Shown: positions 34,801 to 49,800 of the stretch, piece after piece | How the letters are laid out: the number at the start of each line of letters is the position of its first letter | Position numbering within the stretch: position 1 is the stretch's first letter | Assembly (NCBI GenBank): GCA_905178155.1 | Contig: CAJINV010000004.1 | Span: 10,072,381-10,136,380, forward strand | DNA length: 64,000 bases | Direction of reading: 5' to 3' | Origin: Amoebophrya sp. A120 | Lineage: Eukaryota > Protista > Dinoflagellata | Translations under genes and position numbers: made by a program | Notes under the pieces: generated by a model | The model's input: the letters and a program-made list of their open reading frames with translations, nothing else | The model's database searches: none | What the model was told of the DNA's origin: nothing

Positions 34801-37800
34801 AGCCCAACCCGGGAGTCGAACTTCCAACAGCAGCAAATAAAATTCAACCGGGACGAGTCCGCGGCGATGCGAGCACAGCAGCAGGGGAGAATGCAGCCCC
34901 GAGAGTCGCGTCCGAGCCCCACGAGTGAGGCGTTCGAGCGGCATTACGGTAGCCGGCAGAAGCCGACCTACTCGAACAAGATCGCGAAACCGGAGGGGGA
35001 GCGGAATTTCGGGCGTGGTGGGCCAGGAATCGCACCTCCTGTCGTCGAAGAGCAATTTGAGGAGGGCGTTGACCTGCTCGACGAGCACTTTGGGCTCAAC
35101 CACTTAGCCTACATGGCCTTGCCAAAACCAGCTGAAGAGGACATTGACCTTGTTCAGGAGCCGGAAGTCGACCCGACCACCGGCATGGAAGTGATGCGGA
35201 CGAGGACGCCAGAGCATTATCTGAACAAGAAGGCGAAGCAGGATGCGCAGAAGAGACGTGTTTCGATAAAGGAAATCGAGGAGATCGCAGAACAAGAAAC
35301 CGATAACCGGCCCTTGGTCGAAAACGCGGACGATTTGATGCGCAGCAACCGCTCCGTCCCCAGTCAAACCTCTACCTCGAAACGCCCCTGGGAAACGCTG
35401 GACGTCGTCATTCCCACGATGCCGCCACCGCAACTCTTCATCCCCGCGCGGCAACAGGGCCCCTCCGCGTACGCGTTTGGCACGACCCCGATGAAGGCGG
35501 GCGGGCAGGCCTCCTACGGGGGCTACGCCACGCAAACAAACGACATCTTCGATGCGAACGGACAGCCGATCAGCTTCTACGTGGGACCGCAGTCCGCGAT
35601 GAGCTCCGCGGCCAGCACCGCGACCGAGGTGATGATGCGCCCGAAGGTGATGCAAACAGCGGACGAAATGCGGGAGTTTTGGGGATTTTCCGCGAACGCG
35701 CTGAGCCCACAGTTGCTCGGGCCGAACCGGGATTTAGTTCACGGGACCTACGCGGGTCACCTCGGTTTGGAGGGCACGCAGTACCCGCCCCCGAAAACCG
35801 CGGCGTCGAGCAAGATGAGCCAGAGCATGGCGGGGGACGATGAGGAGGTGAAATCCTCAACTAGCGAACACCAAATGCCCCACACGCAGTTCTTACTGGC
35901 CATGCAGGAAGAGCTAGAAAAGCGGTATGAGGAGCACCTGGGCGCGCAAAAGCAAAAAGCGGGCCTGCATCGGGCGGAGGTGCCGGAGGATGATGATGGA
36001 GGGAGCTGTGGCCTCGACGAGGGTTCAACCTCTGATCCTGATGCGTATAAAAGTTGTGCTGAAGCTGATGCTCTTGAGTACTACGCAGGAGCAGGAGCTA
36101 CGGAATACTTGGAGCTGTTCTACGACTCTAGTTGCGACGAAGAAGAGATCATGGAGGAGCGAGAGCCAGGGTTTGATGAAAACTTCGACACACGACCACT
36201 ATCACGACCCTCTACTACTACCAGCTGCTTTTTCGACGGTGAGCACTCCGCGACCAACGACGACGAGCCCGGTGCTTCCTCTACTTCCGCCGCGGCCAAA
36301 CCGGAAAACACTAACACGACGACCCCGTCCGGCCGGCAGCTGCCCCCTGGCCCGCTTACTGCGCCGAAGGACTTGGTCCAGCCCGCGTTTTACCTGACGC
36401 CGGACGCCCGGTTGGGGCAGCTTCCGTACAGTTCCATCGACGGCCCGATCCAGGAAGCCTTGCGGAAGCAGCACCACGTCCACGTCCACTCGGCTTCCTC
36501 CGCCTTCGGGTCCTTCCACGAAAGCGGACTTTACACCGACAGTGCTGGACAAATGATAAATTCTGCGAGACAAAACTCCCGCGCCAGCGCGTTCGGATTC
36601 CTGTCCCCGACGAGTGGAAGTCGCAGGCCAAAGCTGCACACCAACGCCGTCGCCGAAGCGCTCGCGTCTCCAGTTTCCGTTGCGGAGAAGCTCGGTTTGG
36701 CGCCCGTGCCGAATCTGCTCGGCGGGTCGATCGGAACCAACCCGTTGGCCATTGACACGAGTAAGTACCGGAAGCCGGTGATTCAGCTCGACCCGCTGGA
36801 CCAGCAGAGGAAGGACATGACCGAGTCCCGGTACCAGGTGGAGCTGATGCTGCAGCAGCACGCGCGGGACTTAGCAATGGTAACGCAGACGAACACGGAT
36901 TTGCGTTTGAACAACATGAGCAGCCTGCAAAAAATCACAACTTCTTCCCCTTTAACCGGAGCTAGGGCTCTCGCTGCAACGGGCAGCTTGACGTCACCCG
37001 TCGTCCCCGCGACCGCGATGACGACGAATTTGCTTTACAACAACACAAGAGTCGGCTCGACGTCGCGCGCGAAAGCCGCCGTGCAATCGGGGTTGCCGCT
37101 CCCGCCGTCCGCAATGCAGCAGGTGATGGCCCGGCCGCTATCGAACAGCAATTTACACAACAATTTCAACGCCGGGTCTTTAGTCACCAGCCCGAACCAG
37201 TTTCTTCGGAACACAACAAACATGGTCCTCGGGAGTTCCGTGCAAGACCCAAATGCGTCTCTGCTCGAAAGCGGAGTGCTGGAAGAGGCTGATTTGGAGG
37301 CTTCTATTGAGCACAAGTTCAAAGAGAAAACGGCCCGTCTCGAATCCGCCGCCGCTGCGCAACTCGACCTGCAGTTGAACGCGATCGAATCACAGTTAGA
37401 CGCGTTGCAAAAGCGGATGGAGAAGCACAAGGAGCGGGGGCAGGAGGCCGGAAAGCAGGAGCAGCACGCGCGGGAGAAGTTGCACAGCTCGGAGATTCTG
37501 TCCTCCATCGGGTTGACCGCGACGGAAATGAACAGCAACGTTCCCGCGGGGGCCGCGGACGATTTGAGTATTTTGTCCTCCGAAGAAGCGGTTGTAAACC
37601 GCGCGAAGAACGCCACTTCGATGGTGAATGCGAAGGAAAACGTCCGGCACAACCCGCTTTTTGCCCATGTCTCCTCGAATGCGGAAAAACAGGACGAGGC
37701 GCGGGAGCGGGAGATCCGGCAGAAGTTGCACGCCTTGGAGGTGCGGAAGTCGGAAAGAGATTTAGAGCAGCGCACGCGGCGGGAACAGATGGTGGCGGAG

Positions 37801-40800
37801 TTGGCTCTCGTCCGGAAGCAGCGGCTCGAGCGCGAAAAACGGGCGGAGGTGCAGTTAGAGAAACTAGACGCGGAAGAGCAGCGGGAGGAGTTGGACATGG
37901 TGAATCTGGAAACCGAGGTTGAGTCCCAAAAGCAGCTCCGCGAATCGCACGCGAAACGGTTGAAGAACAAAAAAGAGATCGACTACACCGCCAGCGACTG
38001 GAATTTCCTGCAGACCGTGAACCAAGCGAACGCGCGGGACCGAGAGCATCTGCAGGTCGCGAAGCAGCGGATGGCGGGAAGGATAAAGCAGATCCAGAAG
38101 CACCGCGATTCCGTGCAAGCGGACAACATGAAAAGAAAAAACGACGAGGACAAGCGCGAAGCGGAGATCGAGGCGGCGCAGAAGCGGTTGCTGGATGTGT
38201 ACAAGTCCGTGGAGGCGGACGACGGCCGCGCGAGGGACAGTCTGAACACCGAACTCCAAAAGGTCGAGCAGAAACGCGAACTCCGCGAGGCCAAGCAGGC
38301 CGAAATCGCCCGGTCCCAGCTCGTGGAAGAGTCTGAGAAGCTCGCGCTCGCCCGGGCCAAGCAGCTGGAGCTGAAATTGGAAGAAGAAAAGTGGGGTCGC
38401 ATCCGTCAGGAACACGAAAAAGCCGCGAAGCTCGGCGAACGGGAACAGTTTGAGCTGGAGCAGAAGAAACTCATGGTGCATATGCATTGCAAAAGTATCG
38501 TACTAGTATAAATTGCATTAATACAGATTTTGGCAAGAAGAAAAATGGAATTTGTGATGCTGTGTTACCTCAGGAGGAAGATTTGTCATGCGTATTTGCA
38601 ATTAGTAGGAGTGCGATACTTTTGCGCAGCATAGTGCACGCGCAGTTGCAAATCGTCAAGAACGGCGGGGTGGTTTTGCAAGACGAAGCGCTCCGCGGCT
38701 TCCTCGACGTGGCCGACGCGCCGCTGGAGCGCGCCGCGAAAATGCGCGAGCTAAGACAGTTGGAAGAGGCGACGGAACAAATTTTACGGGAAAAACAGGC
38801 GACCGGGGATCTCCTGCAGGCGGAAGCGAATCTTCTGCAAAAGAAGGTCGAGGACGCGCGGACGGAGAGACTGCAGCTAGAGATGGACCGGGCAAACTTC
38901 GCGAAGGAGAAAGCGCAGTACGACTTGGCTCGCGTCGTTGGCTCCGGCCCCTTGACCGGGCTATCCGGGAGTCCCGCGTCCGCACACATGCTGCCCGAAA
39001 TGTCGCACTTGCATTCGCAGTTACTAGAGGCCCAGAAGGTAAACGTCGAGCTCGAAAAGCGGCTGCGCATGTGGGCGACGCCGTACCTCGGGATAGGCAC
39101 CCCGGGGTATCAGTCCTTGACGAACTCCACATCCGGAGCGAACATGTACAATTTGTACAACCGGACTGGGATTCCTCTGTCATCCTCTTTTGTCCAAGGT
39201 GGGGGTACTACTGCAGTCGGCGCGGTAGCTCCAGGTAGTAGTAATACCCAACCTCCCGGCTCACCTCTGTTTTCCCTCGCTAACAACAGCATTAACAGTC
39301 CGACTTTCATGGCTGCGAACTTAGTTTGGGACATGGACAAGTCTTCGGCCTCTTTGATGCAAAAAGCGGTCCTTGCGGCGGAAAAAATGCAGGAGCTCCA
39401 GAAGAATCTAAAGCAGTTGGAGGAGGGCCATACGGTGGAGGTCGCCAGACTCTGGTCCCGGAAGGAGGACGAAATCAACGCGATTGACCGCTCGTACCGG
39501 GAGAGGTTGCTAGATAAGCCGCAAAGACGGGTGATCTTTGACGCGGACGCGGGACGGAAGCTAGACCAAGTGGAAAGGCATTTCGAGTCGGAGAAACTTA
39601 AACTCGACTTCGCGTTGCAAGCGAAGGTCGCGTCTCTGCGGATCGAGCTCGCGAAGCAAAAGGCGGCGGGAAAGGGGTACGAAGCGACCGCGGAGTTTGC
39701 GAAGAAGGTGGAGGAGCTGCAGGGGAAGTTGAACGTGAGCACTTCCAATTGCAACACAAAGATCAAAAACTTCGAACTCGTGTTTCGCGAGCAGTGCCAG
39801 AAGATCGATGAGGAACTGACAAAACAGCTGGCCGACCAGCAAGCTGCGGCCGCGAGCAACAGCTCGCTGCAGACGACTAGTTCCATGCTGGCGGTGTTGG
39901 AGGCGAACGCGGCGAACAAGAAGCGCGAGATGGAGCACATGCTGCTCGAGCAGAAGAGGCAGCTCGAGCAGGAGATGCGCGAGTCGAACCGGGAGTTGCA
40001 GAAGGATCTAGCCGAGCAGAAAGCCCAGGTGAACGCGCACCTCGCCGCGATCCCGCACCTGGAGCGCATCGCCATCCTGGAAGCGCAGTCCGCCGCCGCG
40101 GCGGAAGAGTACAAGGCGCAGGTACAGAGGTTAACGCGGGAAGTAGAACTCGCGCACAAGCAAGTGAAAGAGGACGTAACACGAAAGATCGAGCTGGATC
40201 CCGCGCAGCGGTCTTTGTTGGAGGCGATGGCGGCGCGGCAGGACGAGCAGCTGGAGCAGCGGCTGCAGCTGGAGAAGCAGAAACTGGACTTGATTCTGGA
40301 AAGACGCACGTCCGAACTCCAGCACGAACTCCAGCAGCACCAGCACGCGACGGAGATGCACATGGCGAGCGCGCAGGCTGACGCGCAGATTTCGCAGGTG
40401 CAATTGAAGTTGGAGGCGGCGGAGCAGGACCACGGGAAGCGGGTGTTGGAGTTGGAAAAGGATTTGAAAGAGGCCCACAAACTGCTGGAAGAAGAGTGTC
40501 GGAAAAGAACCGAGCAAGAGCCCCTAGAGCGGCAGAAGCTCCAACAGGAACTGGCGGACAAAAAAGCGCAATTAGATAGAGACCACGAGACGGAGAAGGC
40601 GAAGTTAGTTGTGATGCACATGTCGCTGAAAGCGGACATGGCCGCGGAGATCGCGAAGCACCGAGCGGTGGCGGAAAAGGAAAAGCACTTGTCGATCGCG
40701 GCGCACTCCGACAAAATCTCCGACTTGCAGAAACAACTGGAACTCGCGAAGCAGGAGCACGCGAAGCAGTTGGACAAGGTGTTCCGGGAGTCCAAGGACG

Positions 40801-43800
40801 AGCAGAAGAAAATCGAGGATGAGTACAAGAAAAAAATCGCCTCCGAGCCGGCGAAACGGTTGCAACTAGAGCAAGAGATGCAGCACAAACTCGATCATTT
40901 GCAACAGCAGGCCGACGTGGCGAAGAGCCATTTGCAGGCCAGTCAAGAAGCCACCCAGGCCCAGTTGGAAGCGACGCTCGCGCGCGAGAAGCAGGAGCGG
41001 AACGAGAAAGAAGCCCAAGCGGAGCGCGCGGAGATCGAAAGGAGCAGTAAGGAAATGCTCAGCCTGAAGATGCGCCACGCGGAGGAGGAGCATAAAGCGG
41101 AGTGTTTGCAGTTAGAACGGGAAATGGCCATTGCGCAGCGGAAACTCGAGGAGGAGTACGGTCGCCACGCCGACGCCGAGGGGAAAATGGATGAGGAGTG
41201 GAAAAAGGAGATGAAAAGACAGAAAGACATCCTCGAACAGCACATGGTCGCCGACAAGAAAAAGCTCGACGCGCGCCTGAAAGCGCAGCAGCAGAACCTG
41301 CAGACAGAAAACGCCCGCGAGCAGGCTTTGGCCATCGCGAAAGAGAAAGAGCGGGCCGCGGAGCACGAGGAGCAAGTGCGGGAGGCCGCGTTTTCGGAGG
41401 CGAAGCAGGAGGCCCAGAAGGACTACCAAGCGAAACTGCAGAGACTCGCCGCGGAGAAGGCCGCCGCGTTTGCGAAGTTGGAGGAAGAGCATAAGGCGAG
41501 AGTCGCTTCGGAGGGAAATCTGAAACAGGAGCACATCGACGAGATGGCAAAGCAGAAAGCCAAGCTGGATGCGGAGATGGCGGAGCGCGAGGCGGAGCTG
41601 AAGAGGTCTCTGGACGTGAAGAACGCAAAATTGGAGGAAACCCACACGAAGGAAAAGGCGGAAATTGACGCCAGGATTATGGATTGCAAAAATGTCTGGG
41701 TCTGGAAACTTGTGATGCTAAAATGCGGATGATGGAAACAGTTCCGAATGCTACACAGCATGACAACTCTTCAGAACGCTTTGTCATAGGAAATCCGCAT
41801 GAGAACCTGCGTTCTTGCGTGTACAAAAGTGGCTGCGACTTTTGTTGGCTATGCAATACAGATTTCCTATGTATGGAGAGCTAGCATTACAAGTTGCACC
41901 CAGACATTTTTGCGTTTGATAAAGATCCGGTCCGAGCAACTTCTTGTCGAAGCCGAAGTGCAAAAGCACGAGCAGGAGGAGGCCTTGCGACGCCTCGACG
42001 CAGAGCACGCCGCCGCCGAGGCGAAGGCGAAGCGCGAGCTGCAAGCGAAGATGCACCAGATGGAGGTCGAGTATCAGAGCAAGATTGCCACCGCCGACGC
42101 GTCGAAACAGGCGGAATTGAAAGCGCAGCTGGAAAAACAGGAAAAGCAAATGGAAAACGGCTTCAAGGAGCAACAGATGCAGCTGAAGAAAAACCTCGAC
42201 GGGGAGCGCCGGGCGATGCAACGGGAGTACGCGCGTGCGAGGTCGGACGCGCAGGAGGCCGAGGCCGCGGAGGAGCAGTCGCACCAGGCAGAAGTGGAAA
42301 AAGCGCGGCTGGAAGCCCGGTTGACCGCGATCCAGGCGGAATACGAGGGTCAAAAGCAGAAGCTTCTCTCCGAGGCGAAGCGGGACAAGGAAAAGGCAAA
42401 TTCCGACTACGCCGCCCGGATCAATCTCGCCGTGACGCAGCAAGAGAAAGACAAACTGAAACTCGAGCTGGATGAACGCCTGAAGCAAATCGACGCGCGC
42501 ACCCAGATCGCGGTCCAGGGTCTGGACGACAAAAACCGAACCCAGCGAGAGGACCTGATGCGAGAGTCCCACGCCCGGATGGAAGCCACGAACGCGCGCG
42601 TTGCGGAAGAGGCGAAACGCCGGGCGGTGAAAGAGGCGCAGGAGGTGCTGGAGCAGCAGAAGAAAGAGGTGAAACAGAGCCACGAGTCCGAGAAAAAGCG
42701 GCTGAAAGACGAGGCGGATCAGAAGCGGCAGCAAACCATTGAGTTTTACAACAAAAAGATGACGCAGGACGGCGTCGACCGTGCGAAGGCGGAGGAGGAA
42801 CTCGCGAAGGAATTAAAACGGCAGGAACAAGAGGCTGACGAGTTACTGCACAAGCAAGAACTCTTCTTCTCCGATTCGCAGGCCAAAATTCAGCAAGAGC
42901 ATTTGCAGGACCGCGCGCAGGCGGTCGAGCGGGCTGCGGCGGACGCAAGGAAAAAGGCGGATGAGAAAGCGAGACTAGAGCTCGATTCGAAAATCCGGCA
43001 AGAGAAGGAGAAATTTGACACTTTTTCCAAAGAAGCCGAACTGAGAAACGAAAAGGAAAAACAGCAGCTGCAAGCCGAGTACGCCGCAAAAATCGAACAG
43101 GAGGCGCACAAACGGGAGGAGCACGAAAGGGAGTTGGAGAGGAAAAAACTGGATTTAGAAAAAAGCATAGCATTAGAAAAACAGAAGGCCGAGGAGAAGA
43201 TGAAATCCAACCAGAGGGGGTTAGAGCGCGAGCAAGCTCGGACGCAGGCGGCCTTGGCAGAGAAGGAAACCGCGGAGCGGCATGTGCGAGACGTGGAGGC
43301 ATCCAAGCTCGCTTTAGAGGAGCAGATGCGGGCCGCCCGGAGTCAGCACGGGATCGAGGAAAAAAAGCTGTTGGATGACGCGGAAAAGTCGCAGAAGGAA
43401 ATGGAACAGCAGTTCAAAAAGCGGCTCGCCGCCGGCCAGGCGAGTGAGGCGGAGCTGGAACGGGAAAAAATCGCACTGCAAAGGCGTGTGAAAGAACAGC
43501 AGGAAGACATGCGCGCGGAGCTTCGCAAGCAGCACGACGACATGGAGGCGGAGCACAAAAAGGAGCTCGCGGAAAAGGAGCGGAAGGCGGCCGATATGAA
43601 CTGCAAATATGTCTTGGTCTGGAAGGTTGTGATGCTAATGTCCGAATCATACGCAAACTGTATTGCGGAGCCGCGCATGACAAGTTTCTGAGCGACTATA
43701 TCTAGCGTTAATCGCATGTCAAATTGGAATTGCCTTTTACTTTTTGCATGACAAATAAGTGGCACTGTTGTAGCGCAACGAGCATGACAGACTCTTCTGT

Positions 43801-46800
43801 ATGGTCGACCGAGCATGACAAACTTGCATTCTTCCAGACCCAGACATTTTTGCAATCCATAGCCGAGGAAGCGAAGCAAGTCGCCGCGAAGGAAGCGAAG
43901 CGCGCCCTGGACGAGCAGATGCGGCGGGCGAACACCCAGCACCAGGAGGAGCTCGCGAAAATCCAGGCCGAGGCTGAGCAGGCGAAACGCCTCGCCCAGG
44001 ACGAGCACGAGCGCGCGATGGCGTTTGCCGAGGCGAGTGGACAGGATAAGACGCAGCTCGAAAAGCAGTGGCTTGATCGGAAAAAGGACTTGGAGGAAAA
44101 ACTGAAAGCCGAAAAAGACAGTCTTCACGCGCAGCTCGCCGACGAGAGAGCAAAACTGGAGTCCGAGCACGAAGCCGATTTGAAAGCCCTCGACGCTGCG
44201 GAGCAGGCGCGCAAGCAGATCGAGAGGGAAAAGGAGGAAATGGAGCAGAACATGCGCAAGGCGGCTATTCAGCATGAACAAGAGGAGAAGCGGCTGCACC
44301 AGGAGGCGGAGGAAGCGAAAAGGCAGATTGAGGAGGAGGCGAAGAAGCGGGAGTTGGACAAGACCAAAACCGCGGAGCAGCACGCGACCGAACTGGCGCA
44401 GCAACGAAGGGAGCTCGAGCAGCGGCTCCAGCGGGAAAAATCGGAACTCGCCGCGAAGGTGCGGGAAGAGCAAGACAAACTCCGGAAAGACCAGGAAAAA
44501 CGGCAGGAGGAACGGACGCGTCAATTGGAACAGGAGAAGCAAAGACTCATGGAGCAAGCGGCCAACGCAAAGTCGAAACAGGCAGAGGAGATTGATAAAC
44601 TCACGCAGAGGGTAAGTGATCTGCAGCTGGACCTGATGAGGGAACAGCAGTCGTTGGTCGATAAAGAGGAGGAGTTCTCGCAAAAATTGAAGCAGGAGCA
44701 CGAGCAAAAAGAAAAAGACCTCGCGCGGCTGCAACAGGATCTGCACGACAGCCACAGCTCGCAAAAAGCAAGTATGGCCGCGGACCACGCAACGAACATC
44801 TCCGATTACGATTTGAAATTGGAACAACTGAAACAGCAAGCGCGCGACCGCGAGGCGGAGCTGGAGAAAAAGCTGGTCCTCGCGCAGGAGCAACAACGCG
44901 CGCTAGAACTCGCCACGATCCGGAAGGTGGACGAGGCGAAGAAGTCGCAGGAGGAGGATATCAACTCCAAAAATGTCTGGGTCTGGAAACTTGTAATGCT
45001 GCGTTGGGAATAGTGCATGCTCTGTAATGCAGAGGCAAGCATGAGAAACAAATGTCTGCGCTTCTTTGTGTTGCGTTTTTCGCATGACGAACTGCGTTTT
45101 TGCATGACAGGCAGAAGGGTCTCTCTCTCTTCTTGGACACGCATCACAAACTTTTTGGTCATGCCACACAAGCATGACAAATCTTGCAATCTTCCAGTCC
45201 CAGACACTTTTGCATTTGATAGAGGAGATGCGGAGGTTGTTCGCGGAAGAGCTACAGTCGGAAAAGCTTCGCATGTCGCAAAACCTGGACTCTCGCGTCA
45301 GTCAGGTGATGGCCGAGCACCAAGCGCAAATTGAGAAGATGCAGGCGGAATTCGGAACCCGGATGAAGGCCGAACAGGACACACACGCGGAAGAGCACGG
45401 GAAATTGAAGGAAGAAGCGGATGCTGCGCACAAGGAACTCGAAGACGAATTCCGGGGGAAAATCGAGGCCGAGAAGCACCGCCAGGCCGAGCACGAGGAG
45501 GAGTGGGCCAGGCAGCGCGCGCTGTTGGACGAACAGGTGGCGCACGAGCGGAACTTGCTTGATGCGAAGTTGAAGGACATGGAGAAGCAGCTGCAGATGC
45601 AGATCGAGGCGAACAACGCGCGAGATAGGTTGCAGGAAATCGATGACCACACGAAGGACGGCATCGACGCCGGCATGCAAAAACTGACGGAGAAGCACGA
45701 GGAGGCAATGCAGCAAGTGATTACCCGGACCAACTTGAAGTTCGCGCAGCTGAAACAAACGCACGAAAAGCAGATGAAGGAGATGAAGCAAGAGCAAATG
45801 CAGCACCTGAACGACCCGACCATGAGCGCGCAGCTGGAGCTGAAAAAAATGAAATTGGAGGACACGCAGGAAGAGGAACGGAAAGGTTTGGAGCAGGACA
45901 AGGCAAAACAGCTCGCGGAGCTCCAGCAAAAGTTCCTCACCGACCAAGACAAGCTGCGCAAGGAGCACGAAGTTGCGGCGAGGCTGGCGCACCAGACCGC
46001 CGAGGAGCATCGGACGGTGCAGGAAAAGGACGCGAACAGCAAACACCGGCAGGAGCAGGAAGAATTGCTGAAAAAGTTCGAGGAGGAAAAAGCCCAGCTC
46101 GCCGCCGCGCACCAGGTAAAACTGGCAAAAACCACTTCCAAGGAGGACAAGCAAAAAATCCAGCAGGCTTACGAAACCTCGGTCACTGATTTGGAGCAAG
46201 TTCTCCGCGCCAACCAGGCGGACTTGGAACAGGCGTTGATAGCGAAGAAGGAAAAACTGAAGAAAGACGTGCAAAAAGTGAAGAAGGCCGCCGCGTCCGC
46301 CGCGGTGCGGGCTCTGATTCGCGTGAAACCCGCCCGGAAGGTGGACGTGAACGACGCCCCGGTCGCCATGCGGACCACGTCCCAGGCGAACCAGGGGGCG
46401 GTCAAAGCGACCATGGTGACTCCCGGCCGCGTATCAACTGCAAATCTGTCTGGGTCTGAAAGGTTGTAAAACTTGTGATGCTGCCTGTGCATTCTACAAA
46501 AATCTGTATTGCATGAGCAGCAACAGGAGTCCAGTTTTTGCTACTTACGCGGACGGGGAACAATTTCTCATGCGGTATAGGCATGAGGAACTACCCCTCG
46601 CAATAAATATGTGATGCTAGAGCATACATCACAGACATGATGGGTCTTCCAAAATCTGCATGACAAACTCCTACACTCATTCAGACCCAGACACTTTTGT
46701 ATTTGATACCGCGCGCAGAAGGAACTGATCACGAACCTGTTCGACGAGCAGAACCAAAGGCTGCGCGAGTTTGAGGCGCAGGAGCGGAACGAATCCAAGC

Positions 46801-49800
46801 GGCTGCTGGAGGAGATGTTCCGCGAACAGAACGAACGACTCCAGTTATGCATTGCAAAATTATCGTACTAGCAGAAATCGCATTACAAGTTTCGGCAAGA
46901 AGAAAAGTGGAATTTGTCATGCTGTTTTACCCACCGGAGGAAGACTTGTCATGCATATTTGCAATTAGAATTACTACGAGTGCGATACTTTTGCGCAGCA
47001 TAACAGTCCCACCTTGCGGAAACCACCGCCATTCAGCAGCAGTCGGTCACGGAGCAGAATCTGCAAGAGCTGCTGAACCAGCAGACGAGCGAGGCTTCGG
47101 ACTTGCGGACGAAGCTTGAGCAGTTGCAGTCGGAAAAGGAAAAACTCGAGGACAAGCTAAAATCCCGCGAACAGCTATCCAAGAAAAAAACGTTGTTAGT
47201 GTAAATTAAAATTTGTGATGCGCAACATGCAAGATGATTGCGTCTGTCATGCTTGGCATGCATCGTAGGGTCCATTGAAGGGCGTTTTCGCGTAGTATCT
47301 GCGCATGACAGGTTTTTGCTGTCATGCCAGACAAATCTGTAATGCTGTTCCTCCAAAAAAGTAGTTAGAGTTGCGCCTACAATGTTTTTTTCTTGGATAA
47401 CAGCTCACGAAGATGAAGGCTCTGGAGCTCGAAGACCAGCTGAAACTGTTCGAGAACAAACTCCAGCTCGAAAAGCAGGCCCGCGCCGCGGAGGGACAGC
47501 AACGCGCGCAACTACTTGCGGACAAGGACCGGGCCTTCGAGAGCCTCCTCGCGGAGCACACGGAGCTGAAAACCTCGAAAGAAGCCGCGGACGCCCGGCG
47601 CGCCAACGAGGACGACGCGCTGCGCGCGGAGACGCAGGCGCAGCTGGAGGAGCGGCTGCGGGAGGAGGAAAACCAGAAGTTCCAGGAGTTGATGGCAAAT
47701 CAGGAGAACATGACAGCTATCAACTGCAAAAATGTCTGGGTGTGGAAACTTGTGATGCTGAAATGTGCATATACTGAAAGACTTCCCAATGCAGCCAAGC
47801 ATGACAAGTTTTCCGGACACTTTTTCATGCGCAGTTCGCATGAGAAACTGCCCTTTTGTATGACAGAAGGAGGTGTCGTTTTGTTAGTCATGCAATACAG
47901 ATTTTACAGGAATGTAGGACTAGCATCACAAGGTCAATGTTTCCAGACCCAGACATATTTGCAATGCATAACTGCCGAGGAATTGGAAAAGTTCGCTTTG
48001 GAGATGTCGGAGCGCGAAAACGCACACTTATCCCGCGCCGAACAGCTGGAGAAAGCGCACGAGAAAGCCCAGCAACTGATGCAGCAGCAGCGCGACTACC
48101 AGCGGAAAGCCCGCGAACGACTCCTCGCGCAATCCGCGAACCTCGCCGGCATGTTTGCGGCCGGGGACGACGACGACGCGACCGCGGAGGAGCGTCGGAT
48201 GATGCAGGCGACGCTCGCCCAGCGCATGATGGAAGCCATGCGGACCATGCAGGAACAGATGCTGGACCTGCAAGAGGAGCACGACGACGAGATCGCGCGG
48301 CAGAACCAAGCGCTGGAGGTGCTCCGCTCCACGCTGGAGGAGGACCGGCAGAAATTCGAAGAAAAACAACTGGAGATGGACGCGGAACACGAAAGAACCC
48401 GCGACCAGCTGAACGCGATCGCGGCGGAGCGGGACCTGGCGGAGAAGCGGTTATTGAGAGGAAAAATCCCCCCTCCCCATATCGAAAAGGTATGCTTCCG
48501 AAAATTTGTGGTGCAGATTTGTGACCACAAATCCTGTCTGTCTTGCGAGAAGGCAAATCCAGGCTCTCTGCCACTCTCTGCAGGCGATTTGTAATGCTGT
48601 AAGGACTATAGGACAGCCGTCTACCATGCTAGGCGCCTACACCAAAAGGCCCCTAACTAGGCTGGCGATCTGCGTGCAGTCCTCTACTGCAAGACAAATC
48701 TGATTTGTCATTTGTGTACGCTCTTGGCGGTCGGCTGTCTCCGGGTGTCCTTCCCAAGCTGTGGCTCGCGGCGTGGTGCGTTTGCCGGTGCCGACCCTTT
48801 TCTACGGAACGCTGTGGTGTCCTACTCTTCTGGCGGTCCTTCAAGAGCCCTTTCGCCTTCATCCCAGTGCTGTCGTTGACAGACCTTGGGCTGATAATCC
48901 CGTTGCAGGAGGTTCGGTCCTTGGCGCGTCTTCGCCACCGGCAGGAGTCAGGATGGGTAGATGGGTCTCCTCGTTGTTGCTTGAGCTTGCTCAGGTCTTC
49001 GCTGCTTTCGGTGGCTGGTGGCCGCTCTTGGGTTTCAGGTGTGGGTCGGAGTTCGTTTGCCTCTCGTCAGTTTGGACGGAGTGCTCTCGTTCAGCCACCC
49101 CCCGGCGGTCGACTGTCGGCGATCTGGCCCCCCCAGCTCATGATTGCAGTGTTGGCTGGTGATGACGAGGTTGCGGACAGTTGACTTGTCATCTGTCTGG
49201 TTCGCCCATTTTGCTGCCACGACTGTTTGGTCCCCGGTCCCCTGAGGCGGGGGGATACGGGTTACCTGGTCGGGATGTCGCGCGGAAGGTGTCTCTCACG
49301 TCCCTAGCTCTTCGTACTCGCCGCTGAGTACAGTCGAGCGCCTTGGTTGATCGCCACACTGTTTCATAGTGCTGAAACGACCCGGCTTTCACTAGGGGGA
49401 GCATTCGTACACTTTGTGCCCTCCGGGACTATGCCTCTGCTTCCGTCTAAACTGAGGGGTCCACTTATCCCTCTCGGTATTCGGTCGCAGGGAAGGGTTG
49501 CCGGGGTCTCCCTCGCATCGGTTCTCGATGTCGGGTGTGAGTTTGTGACTGCGGGGGCAGTGGTTGGCTTAGGTTTGCGGAGTACATCTGAAAAGAGGCT
49601 CCCATTCCTTCTTCCAGGTAGCGATCCTAGATCGCCGCCACGCGGAGCCACCCCCGTATTTCACCCCCAGGGGGTTGTGGACCTGGCAAAACCGATGAGT
49701 TCGGGCTGCTGACTGTTCCACTTCTTCCGAGCGCGATCATGCTACGCCTCACGCCTCACGCCTCACGCAAATCCAGCATCACAGATTTCCTTTGCGAGAT

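Noticed and set aside
37035-46274. Long minus-strand ORFs (e.g. 592, 517 and 340 aa)
   Set aside because: Antisense shadows of the GC-rich coiled-coil gene.
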